NCBI GenBank assembly: GCA_964252035.1
Contig: OZ176216.1
Source: Podarcis erhardii
Lineage: Eukaryota
Length of the DNA: 64,000 nucleotides
Direction: 5' to 3' (one strand)
The notes beneath the pieces were generated by a model. That model saw only the letters and a list, made by a program, of their open reading frames with translations, had not been told where the DNA came from and made no database searches. Positions 49,242 to 60,590 of this stretch are shown piece after piece. Within the stretch, counting starts at the first letter, position 1. Each line of letters begins with the position of its first letter. A program made the position numbers and the translations under genes.

Positions 49242-49909
49242 CTTTGCAGCATTAAGATAAGCACCCAGTTACCAAAATAACCCCCAAATTACATTAAAAA
49301 TTATCTAATCCTCCTCACTTTTTGTGCGGCTTTGTTTCATTTACTCCTTCTCACCAACTCCCCCTCCCCCCAAAAAAACACCCTAGCTAAAACGATTGTT
49401 TAAGCTCTGGGTTGGATAGACTTTTGAGCTAGCTGCCAGGCACTTGGGAACCACAGCACAAGGGATGTTGTGAGTGCCAAGTGCAAGGCTGTCAAAGAAG
49501 TGTGCCTTCTGGAAACTTGAGCAGGGTTGAAAATACACCCAGCCACACACCACTCATCAGCTGATGAGCGGGGAGTTAAATCCTGCTGTGTTGGAGGTGC
49601 ATGCCTGTTCCCAGGCAAGAACAGGTGCACACAGCCAACAAAGAATTAAGTGGCATCAGCTGATTGGCAGGTGCAAATGGTTTGGGGGAAATGGCCTTGC
49701 AGGCCAAATTGGGCCTCCTGGTGGGCCAAGAATGGCCTGCAGGCTGGACACTCCCCCCCCCCCCCCCGCGCGTGCTTTAGCTAATAGTCTGTACCGCTTG
49801 GCCTTTTACATAATCTCCACCTGAACCAGCAACTTCAATAGTGTACTGATAATATTATAATGGAGGTAAAATGCGGTTGTTTGTGGACTTCCAAGAGGAT
49901 GAGGAAAAA

Positions 49910-50019
49910 CATGACCCGGAAGCTGTATGCTGGCTTCCTTGGCCAGTAAAGCGAGATGAGCACCGCAACCCCAGAGTCGTCCACGACTGGACCTAACGGT
50001 CAGGGGTCCCTTTACCTTT
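49910..50019 (+). mobile_element. Sauria SINE, 5'-truncated
   Basis: 3' third of the consensus with the cctttaccttt tail. Confidence 0.9.
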
Positions 50020-51026
50020 GCATTTTATTGTGAACTGATCTAATTCACCCTTGCTGAACCAAGGGAACTTTTGAAAAATTGAATTTCCTATGAAATTTGC
50101 AGTTCTCCAAATGTTGTAAAGCAGTTCTCCCGCCAAATAATGGGTATACAAAATGCATATTAAGGAGAAATGTGCAAAAAATAAAAATGCATATATTGGC
50201 AAACATAATATACAAATAATTATGATATTACATGTAGTTCAGTGGGAAAATGTGTATACCAGCTGGTGAATTTTTGTAAGGACTTCCTTTTTTTAAAAAA
50301 AGGAAACTAAAGCAGAAATGTGGAGAACTGAATTTAAGAAGAGGGAAATGAGAAACTAATAGGAGCTTTAATTGACGGGTTTGTCCCTCTCTGCGCTAAG
50401 AGAAATGTTCATCAGAAATGCAGAGGCAAAGCAGGAAATATATCTGACCGTGACCCCTTGGATCAGACAGCCATAAAGGTCACTGCGGGAACATTCCAAG
50501 ACCCTTCTCCTCTGCTTTTGTAATGGTATTAGCAATGACTGTTTCTTACTCAATCACACTCCCAAAGGATTTTCAATAAACTTTTTATGTGCCATAACTG
50601 TTACATTAAATAAAGCTGAAAGTATTGAGTAAACTGACGGTAAATCACTCTGGATGCCTTGGAATTACATTAAGTGTGAGAATTATAGATCTTTCACTGT
50701 GCGCAGAAACACGGAGATGACAGAGCCAAACATTTTTATGCTGACAGTCTGGCTGGATATTTTTTATTTAAAAAAAAAAATTGTGGTGCGACAGGCTTCC
50801 CCTCCAATAAATGGCTTGTTCAGAGTCACAGGGGAGGAAAGAAGTTGAGTAGCCAGTTGCGCAGCCTGGGTTCTAATGTATCCTTTCCTTCAGATATTAA
50901 CGTTTTTTGAGGTTTCAAGAGATCTCCCAACTCCCTCTCCCAAATTACAGGGAACCCCAATATGCAGCTGGTTGGGCAGGGGTGGGGGCGGAGCTTGCTC
51001 CCCTCCCACCCAATTGAAACCAATTA

Positions 51027-51252
51027 CAGTGGTACCTCGGGTTACATACACTTCAGGTTACAGACTCCGCTAACCCAGAAATAGTGCTTCAGGTTAAGAA
51101 CTTTGCTTCAGGATGAGAAGAGAAATTGTGTTCCGGCGCCATGGCAGCAGCAGGAGGCCCCATTAGCTAAAGTGGTGCTTCAGGTTAAGAACAGTTTCAG
51201 GTTAAGTACGGACCTCCGGAACGAATTCAGTACTTAAGCCGAGATACCACTG
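51027..51252 (-). mobile_element. Tigger-like MITE (reverse orientation)
   Basis: Reverse complement of the 47327 copy, with TA flanks. Confidence 0.92.
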
Positions 51253-52264
51253 TAGTGGTTTTCCATGGAATGCTACACGGTCAACCTAAATAAAGTTTGC
51301 ATCTTGTTTAGGAAGCTGCAAATTATGTAAGTTCACCTTTAAATGCGAACTGAATTGAATTTTCATCCCGATGCCAAGAGCAGATCTAGGAAGGCATGAG
51401 AGGGGCTCCTTGGCACCAATGAGGCTTGCTTATTGGGGGAGGAAGCTGGCAAGATTTCCCATGGGGCTAGAGACAACAGCTTGCGAGGGCAATGGGTGGG
51501 GGGCAACGTCGCGTGTGTGATGTCAGGACATCATGAGGAACTGGGATGGCACCAAACATGGCGGCCATGTAGCTTCAATGGCTGGTGGCTCCTCCACCTC
51601 CACTTCCTGCTGCCACCCTCTCTGCGGCAGGAGAAGGAGGAGAAGGAGCCAGCCACTGGAGTGGTGCCACTGTCGGGGGGCAAAAGGGCTCAGCCCCTAG
51701 AACTGGCACCCCTTCAAGGGGTTATATTAGTGGTTACTTATAAACAGCTCCTACGGTTTTCATTTTGGCTGCCATGAATCATGCTGTACATTTTCAAGCC
51801 AAAATTGTCAATCAGCTATTTTTAATGCCCCAAACAAACGGCTCTATCTTGGGGGGAAATAGAAATACAATGCAGAAGCCAACCCCCCCCCCCAAAATAC
51901 ACATCTCTATATTATTTGATTTGTTTGGGCCATGTTCATTATGCTGAGGGCAAGAGGAATAATTGGGAGAGGAGGGGAGTAATATCCTCTTAGTAATTCC
52001 CCCTCTTCTTTATCTTTCCCCTTGCTGGGATTGTTTCTGTGTTCAGAAAATAATTGCACACTGAGCCCTGTAGTTCTGACAAGACATCTTCTTGTTGAAA
52101 CTTTGGCAAAGGTTGCTGTACCTTTATCATACAGAAACTTGGGCATATTGGAAGATGCGTCAGGGACCCTGTGAATCTTATCTACTAATAGTGAACTCAT
52201 TCTCAGATTCTGAACCTTTATGTAGTTGGAAGCAGGCTTGGTGGAACTAACTCTGAGATCTGCA

Positions 52265-52297
<33 letters not shown>

Positions 52298-52310
52298 CGC
52301 GCATGTACAC
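52265..52310. repeat. (GT)n(GC)n alternating purine-pyrimidine tract
   Basis: 46 bp of alternating purine and pyrimidine, including a run of consecutive CG dinucleotides. Confidence 0.95.
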
Positions 52311-53983
52311 ATCCCCCCAAAAGAAAAAGAAAAAAGTTAATTGGGTGAAAATCAATTCAGGATTTCTTGCCACACACCTGTTTTTCTTTCTCCCTTTTCT
52401 CCCCCACTTCTCACACATCCCATACAACAGGTAGCAAAGCTAGGCATTTTCCAGGGCCCTGAGACCAGCAAGCATCCCACTGCCTTAAAATGCAGCCATT
52501 TCTCCTTTGGATCAGATATCTAACAAGATCAGATGCAGCTAATGTGAATTCTCAGTCAGTAATGTGCTTCTTCCAGGTTAGAGGGACTCATTGTGGGTTC
52601 AGTGCCATTTGCACAGAGGGAGACTAATCACTGAAATGATTTGTGTGATCTTGAGTAGGCCTGTGATTAAGGGCTAGCATATGTGATTAGGGATTGGAAA
52701 CCTTCCCCAAATCACATAATGATCAGGTAAGGAAACATTGAGGAAATGGAATAAAGTGCTATCTGACTGCAGCCTAGGTAACCCAAGACTGAGCCTGTGG
52801 GGTCAGCTGAAAATTGCTGCAGCCCAGATGGTATCCTCACACAGCAGAACTGTCAGCCAGGTTTGCAGAACGGATCTGAGGGGCAGGAGGAACTTTCCTG
52901 CTGGGTGGTCCATTTTTGAGTCTCCTCCTAACTCTGTGCCTTGCAGAGTCCTTGATGCTCCACCTTCAATATATTCTGGAGAGTGGGCTCAAGCTGTTTC
53001 AGAAACCATTTATTTTCTCAAAGATCCTCATTTATCTCCCCCACCCTACTCGCTGGCAGCACCATGTTTTCTTAGCCTCCACTTAAAAGTCAGAAAGGCC
53101 CAAATAAATTACCCTCTCTAGTCTGATGAATGTTGAAAAGAACCAATTCCTCCAGTTCTGAGTGGTAAGGGGCAAGGAGGAATCATTTCCTTTCCAAAAT
53201 TGGGACTGGGTTTGGAAGAGAGAACTTGGCAGTAAATTACACCAGTTGGCAAATTCCTATGGCAATTAGTAAATCTTATGGTGTTTGCTATAATAACAGA
53301 AATACGTGTTCCCGTATTTTTCAATTTAAATGAAAATGGAACCCTACTATAAATACCAAAGAAATCAATCACCAGCCTACACAAGCAAGCTTGTTCTGAG
53401 GCAGTGGCCTTATTGAACTCCACAGAGGAGCATTACAAAGGCCACAGCAGAGTCATAAGACTGTTTACCATACCCTGAAACACCTACCATCTGCTCAGGC
53501 ACTACGGTAGGGGTAGCCAACATTATGCCCTCCAGATGTTGATGGATGCCAACTTCCATCAGCTCCAGCCAGCATAATTAATAGTCAGGAATGACAGAAG
53601 TTGACATGCAGCAACATCTGGACAACCCTATGTTGAATATCTGTACACTACAGTCTCTGCCATTCAATAGGTTGGGTGTTTTTTCATATCCTCCAACAGG
53701 GGGCATATTGCTTGTCTATTAATACCATGGGGTGACCACTTAGACATAATTAAAAGAAGACAAGAGATAACACGGATTTGCATGAAGTTTGCACATGGCA
53801 AGTTATATATGTACAGAGTCAGCCTTAGAAATAACTTAGACTGATTACTCTAATTTAAACAGAAAGTGCATCCTTTGTGCCGGCTAGCCAGTTCAGGTGC
53901 TAACGATTCATGGGTAGTGCCCCCAATAGTTATTTATCTTTAAGAGAAAGCTGGACTTGGATTAAATATCCCTTCAAATAGAG

Positions 53984-54119
53984 CAGTGTTTCCCAACCTT
54001 GGGCCTCCAGATGTTTTTGGCCTACAACTCCCATCATCCCTAGCTAGCAAGACCAGTGGTCAGGGATGATGGGAATTGTAGTTCAAAAACAGCTGGAGGC
54101 CCAAGGTTGGGAAACACTG
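53984..54119. mobile_element. Palindromic hAT MITE
   Basis: 17-bp TIR cagtgtttcccaacctt / aaggttgggaaacactg. Perfect 8-bp TSD aaatagag. Same core as 49106 but different termini. Confidence 0.92.
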
Positions 54120-54766
54120 AAATAGAGGACTGTCCTCTGTAAAATAGAGCACATGGCCACTTGAGTGTAGCACCTCTATCTCCATGCAAAACTCACCCCC
54201 CCCCCCAACTTCCTGCCTGCCTATCTATCATTGATCTAGTGTCTAAAAGGGCTAAACAATGAACTACTGCTAATTTTTCCTACTGGTTATGCCACCCACT
54301 ATGTACACACAGAAGCACACATTGTAAATGAGGTTGGTGGTGGTGGGCTAGATCCTTACCTCCCCATCCCTGGAAGGCCAAACGTGAAAAGTGAGCACAA
54401 CCATTGCAGAGTCAAAACCCACCAATTGCTCCTCAGCTGGCATTACCCCACCCCCTCTCAACTGGGGCAACATCTGATGATTGTGGTTTTTCAAACATGC
54501 CCTTGCAGGCCAAATTTGATCCCTTGGCTAGTCAAAATTGACCTATGGAATAGATGACCTATGGAATAGATGCCGTATTGTAAATGACATTCTATCCCCT
54601 TCACCAAATATTGATAATGGACTGCTTAATTGCACAATGGATCTGATGGCACTTGTAGAACAGCCAATAATAATGGAAAATAGTTTACTTCTGGCTTTTC
54701 ATCCTTTGCTTGTATTCCTTCTCCTGAAGTCCCTGAGAATGGAGCAAATACTATTCTACTACACCT

Positions 54767-55125
54767 GCGCAGGTGGCACTGTGGGTAAAACCTCAGTGCC
54801 TAGGGCTTGCTGATCGCATGGTCAGCGGTTCGAATCCCCGCGGCGGGGTGAGCTCCCGTCTTTCGGTCCCAGCTCCTGCCCACCTAGCAGTTCGAAAGCA
54901 CCCTTAAGTGCAAGTAGATAAATAGGTACCGCTTTATGGCGGGAAGGTAAACGGCATTTCCGTGTGCTGCGCTGGTGCTGGCTCGCCAGAGCAGCTTCGT
55001 CACGCTGGCCACGTGACCCGGAAGTGTCTCCGGACAGCGCTGGCCCCCGGCCTCTTAAGTGAGATGGGCGCACAACCCTAGAGTCAGACACGACTGGCCC
55101 GTACGGGCAGGGGTACCTTTACCTT
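54767..55125 (+). mobile_element. Sauria SINE, distinct CpG-rich subfamily
   Basis: Variant 3' half (...gggcgcacaaccctagagtcagacacgactggcccgtacgggcaggggtacctttacc). 7-bp TSD tacacct. Confidence 0.93.
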
Positions 55126-56092
55126 TACACCTTGAACTGACCAAGCTGTGGGCTGCATTGCAGCAGTAACCCACATACTATACAACGGAGAGGGGGTGCA
55201 ATCCTTCCTATTCAGGCTGCAGCATGCTTAGGTTGTGCTTTGCAGAAGTTGGTCCTCTGTTTGAACGGCTCTCCAGTTTGAAGATAAGGGAGAAGAAGAA
55301 GAGAGAGCCCATCAACATATAGCACCCGAGCAGAAGACTGAGAAGGCACACAGGTCATTTGGTCAAACCCTTGTTGCCCACTTTGCTGAGATGTTTTCTA
55401 TTTATATTATAGTAACTGAGCTGTATCCAATATTTTTTGTCCACTAGCTCAATATTTCTTCGTCCTCTAGCAGGCAGATGTCATTTAATGTTGCTCAATG
55501 GAGGAACCCAATACAGCAGTGCTCTAATGGAAATTTGTTGTGGAACAGCAGCCTGCCAACGTTACAAAGCCAGAAGAGTCATCCACTATACTGCTCTGGG
55601 TTCCATGGGTCAATTATGTGGTCTTGGAGGACACGACCTCAAGTTTTAGACTTGGTTCATGGTCAGGTTCTACATCGCTGTGGACTTAGCCAATTAACAG
55701 ATTTAGACATGGACCTCGAGCCACAAACATAGTGGGTGATGTTTGGACGGGCTCCACTTCATTTTTTTGTTGGTACCCTAGCGAGAGAAACATGAGGTTA
55801 AATGAATTCATGACCACAGGGTACTCTGCATGCTAAGAAGTAATGCTCTATAAGTGAACCAATACATGCATATTATTTCCTATGTACAGGGAATGTTCCA
55901 CAGAGCTGGGATGATTGCAAGGTTGAAAGATCACTTGCCAGGCCTTTGTTTGATCTTGGTTGCTCAGCGCATAGCTTTCAAAACTACAACTTGATGTTCT
56001 GATTGGGTAGTCTTCATTTCCTTTCTTTTCTTTTTGCCTTCAACTACAAGGACAATTTTCTGATCAGCTCCTAATCTGAGGCAATCTAGGGC

Positions 56093-56097
<5 letters not shown>

Positions 56098-56139
<42 letters not shown>
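56098..56139. repeat. (AT)n microsatellite
   Basis: 21 units. Confidence 0.98.
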
Positions 56140-56142
<3 letters not shown>

Positions 56143-57918
56143 TGAAACACTTAGATTTTAATGGCATCTCATTTTCGTAAAGTACCCCCGTGGCCCCAGA
56201 GAATTAAAGGCTGTCCTTCAGAGCAGGAACGGAGAGCCATCTAGTTTGCAGACACCTGTCATAATTAAACTAATAGCTCTGAAAATGGGCCTTGATATTA
56301 AATCTATCTTGCACAGAGGAGCAGGGCTGATTAAAACCACTGTTTGACAGTTAATGATGAACCTCTTGCTCGCTGAGCTCCATAACTGGAACAGACCAGT
56401 TCATCCTTCTTCCTTTCAGCATCTCTTCCTGGCTCCCTCCTCCCTGTCTACCCTATTGACCAAGGAAGAGAGTTTTTTTACTTGCTCCTGTCCTGCAAAG
56501 GAAAAGTGAATGCTCTGTAGCTTATGAAGCAAGTATGTTGAAGTAATTCAACTACTGAGAATTTCAATGTGAACTGCCCTGGTCTGCACGCACACACACA
56601 CACACACACACACACCCGACTAATGTGCAAATTGAAATGTAGCTCCCCACCCACTAACACCCAAATTCTGTGAGGCAGTTCTTAGGTCAAAAGAATGTAT
56701 AGAAATATGTTTTAAAGTGTATATTTCTGAGGGGAAAAAATGAAGTTTTTAAAATGTGCAATTTTTGAGAAAATGAATTTAAAAATATGTATGGCAATGC
56801 ATTTTTTTATTCATCTGATCTTATTTGAAATCATAGATTAAAGTGGAAATGGGGCAGGAGAGTCATATAATTTAACACATGCAAAAGTGAAATTGACCAG
56901 AAATTGATTCATTCATCGCTAGTTAGAAGTGGTGCAGAACTAGAGAATATGTGATACTTTTTTGTTTTTATTAGACAGGAAAGAGTCCCATCCCACCATT
57001 CCAATCCTTCTTTGTTCCATGGATTAGCTTTGTCCTGCTCCCTATTAATCCTGAATTCTGATTTAACAGGTAAATTTCTGGCACTGTGGGGGGGACACAC
57101 ACCTTCAAAGGCTTCAGGGATTGCATCAAGCTGTGTGTGTTTGGTTGTGGTATTCTGCCAATGTACACATGCACCCTGCAAAGTAATTTTGATATTGCTT
57201 TTTTATGGTGCTTTATCAGTGCATCAGAATACATGTGGATAGTTAAAAACAGTGCCTTTTTCTGGGGGGGGGCACAGGGGTACCATACCCCTAAACATTT
57301 TGTGAATCTAACAGAGGAAGAAATTTATTTATTTATTAAAAAAATAGTTTCTTCTCTAGCACGGTGAATTGTCAGTTCTGTTGAATAGCATGGTGAATTG
57401 TCAGTTCCGTTGCTACCCCCGATGGCAGCCTCATTTCTTGTCACGCTGTTTCCCGAGTCTCAGATGGAATGAGAGCATCCCTAAACATTTTTTTTTAGAA
57501 AACACTACACAAAAAGGGGTCCTGTGGCATCACTAACACATTGGTTCCACTGCAGAGCAAAACTAGACTCCTGTTCAGGTGCCTGGTGTCCCTGAGAATC
57601 AAATGCATGAAGGTAACAGTTGAACAAAAGGACTAGTTCTAGTGCCTCAGTGATGATGTGCAACCCTGAGCCTATCCGTACCTGACAATACAACCGTTTG
57701 GAGATGTTAGGAAATGCCCTGGGGTGCCCCTGCAACCCTGGAACGGCGAGCATCCTCCGGTATGCGCAGCTCTGGAAAAGGCATTTCTCTTCTCCAGTGC
57801 GCTTCATTGACATATATCAAATGATATATGCACACTCATCTTCTAGCATAATGCAGGAAGAAGCGTGAGAGACTGTAGAGCTAATCTACGTATTTATTTA
57901 CACACTATGTACAGACAA

Positions 57919-58283
57919 GGGACGCAGGTGGCGCTGTGGTGTAAACCACTGAGCCTCTGGGCTTGCCGATTGGAAGGTCAGTGGTTCAAATCCCCACGAC
58001 GGGGTGAGCTCCCGTTGCTCAGTCCCAGCTCCTGCCAACCTAACAGTTTGAAAGCACGTCAAAGTGCGAGTAGATCAATAGGTACCAGTCCGGCGGAAAG
58101 GTAAACAGCGTTTCTGTGCGCTGCTCTGGTTTCGCCAGAAGTGGCTTAGTCATGCTGGCCACATGACCCAGAAAAATTTTCTGCAGACACATGCTGGCTC
58201 CCTCAGCCAGTAAAGCAAGATGAGCGCCGCAACCCCAGAGTCATCCGCAACTGGACTTAATTGTCAGGGGTCCTTTACCTTTT
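57919..58283 (+). mobile_element. Sauria SINE
   Basis: Full-length copy. 13-bp TSD tatgtacagacaa at 57906-57918 and 58284-58296. Confidence 0.95.
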
Positions 58284-60121
58284 TATGTACAGACAAAGAA
58301 TTCATGGTGTCCTTTCTCTCCAGCTCCGAGAGAAGAAACAGGCAGAAGTAAAAGCAAAAGTACAGCACATAGTACATACAGCGGAAGAGATAAGACTGTC
58401 TTCCGTTCCCACACTCTTCCCAGACAGGAATGTGATTTACACCAACCTCATCTGCAGCATCGGAGGAGTGAAATACTAACAGTCAGTACATGCAGTGATA
58501 ATCAGGGGAGAGCACTGTTCCAATACCTTCTTTGTGCATTCAGAAATCAGTACTTGGGCTCAGGTAATTTGGACACCCAAAACCTGGAGCAGAATTTAGA
58601 TCATGAGAAAGTCAGTAGCACCTCTAGTTGATATGCATCCTTCCAGATGGTCGAGGATGGAGGGTAAAGAAGATGAAGTTTCTTCCAGGACTCAGCTGTT
58701 ATTCTATCGTTTTACCAGGCAAGACAAGCACTTGTAAAGAGAACAGTGCTCCGGACGCTCATTGGCTTTCTTACCCAGCAAAAATGCCATCCATTGCCAC
58801 AGCAGTAATTACCAGGAGATTAGGCAGTATTAAGCACTCCTTAATTTGACACAATGCAATGATCTCCACTTCAGCCTTTCTGCCTGAATGATTTTCCATA
58901 AATAGTTTGCAAGGCCACCAAAATAAACAGAGGCTGCTGTGTTTGCACAGCTGAGGTTCTCCCGACTTTTGAAAATCCAAGTCACTGTGCAAGGGTTTAG
59001 AGTGGACCCAGATGAGGTAGGAGGTAACAGCCAGCTATGATGGTGGGGTTTGATTTTTAGTCAATATGGTGGTGATGGTGGTGGAGGCGATTCATTTATT
59101 TATTCCATTCCATTTATGAATTGCTTACAATGAAGCACCACAGAGCAAAAACATCGAAAACAAAAATAATTAAAACAATTCCACATACACACACAAATAA
59201 AACACACAGGGGAAAAAATTGTGTGTGTGTGTGTGTTCATTAATATAATAGATGCTTCATTGTTGAGGACAATTTAATAGGAATTTCTTTCATTTTGCTT
59301 TTTTTTTAAAAAAAAACAGGAAGCTAGTAGAACTTATGTAACATGTGCCTACATTAAGAAAACAAATAATTACATTGAAGGAGTTTTGTGTGCATACAGA
59401 GAGAGAGAGAGACGTATATTGTTAGCCCAGACATGATTTATTAAGTAGTGAAATTGAGGATCATTGTTAATACAGCAATAAATCCTAAGGGACTCTATTG
59501 CTTGGAGGAGGAGATCAGCTGACAGTTATAATACACAAGTAGACTAATATACTTCCCTGCATTTGGTGGATTGCTGCTTCCACTCCTTCATCACTTTGTG
59601 GTCCAAATTAGCCATGGGCTTCCCAAACTGAGATGATAGGCCCTTTATAAAGAGAATATGATTACAGCTATGGGTCACATAGATAGGTCCGGCAAGGGCC
59701 AGTCATGCCATGGAGCAAGTTGAGCCTTCTCAGATGGTCAACTGGGAGGGTGGTGGCATGGATGTGTGAGGGCCCACTGTTTCTGTCACACATCCGTTGC
59801 TGCCACCACTACCTGCTCAAGAAGTTATTTGCAATTGTCAGACCTGAAGCAGCCGCCACTAAAGTTCAATCCAAGTGGAGTTTTGACCAGCACCCATGCT
59901 TTAGAGTGCTTCCCCTGATTTGCCCCCGGTGCTCTAGGGCTCTGCAATCCCTTGCTCTTAGGTAGCACACTGCATCATGACATAGCACACACACACACCC
60001 TTTGTGAGGTATGTTCTACTTCCACTGTCAGAGGCAGTAAGTGTCTGAATTCCTATTGCTGGAAAGCAGAGTAGGAAAGAACGCCCTTATTTGGCTCCAG
60101 CTAGCACTCATCCCATGGGCA

Positions 60122-60253
60122 GGTAAAAGGTAAAAGGTAAAAGGTAAAAGGTAAAAGGTAAAAGGTAAAAGGTAAAAGGTAAAAGGTAAAAGGTAAAAGG
60201 TAAAAGGTAAAAGGTAAAAGGTAAAAGGTAAAAGGTAAAAGGTAAAAGGTAAA
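60122..60253. repeat. (GGTAAAA)18 array forming the tail of a Sauria SINE
   Basis: 18 perfect 7-mers plus one GGTAAA, contiguous with the SINE 3' end. Confidence 0.97.
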
Positions 60254-60590
60254 GGTCCCCTGGACAGTTAAGTCTAGTCAAAGGAAACTATGGGGTTGCA
60301 GCACTCATCTCGCTTTCAGGCTAAGGGAGCCGGCGTTTGTCCACAGACAGCTTTCTGGGTCATGTGGCCAGCAGGACTAAACCGCTTCTGGCACAATGGA
60401 ACACTGTGACGGAAACTGGAGCACACAAAAACACCATTTACCTTCCCGCATTTACCTACCTATTTATCTACTTGTATGGCATGCTTTCAAACTGCTAGGT
60501 TGGCAGGAGCTGGGACAGAGCGACAGGAGCTCACCCCGTCACAGGGATTCAAACTGCCGACCATCTGATCAGCAAGCCCAAGAGACTCAA
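60122..60590 (-). mobile_element. Sauria SINE with expanded tail
   Basis: Body at 60254-60590 matches the family. The extreme 5' head is missing. Confidence 0.92.

Noticed and set aside
54539-57410. Small tandem duplications (16-mer at about 54539, 29-mer at about 57362; also about 28160 and 43316)
   Set aside because: Ordinary slippage duplications with no further structure.
60122-60253. CRISPR array or telomere
   Set aside because: It has no spacers, the unit is not TTAGGG, and it is a SINE tail in eukaryotic DNA.
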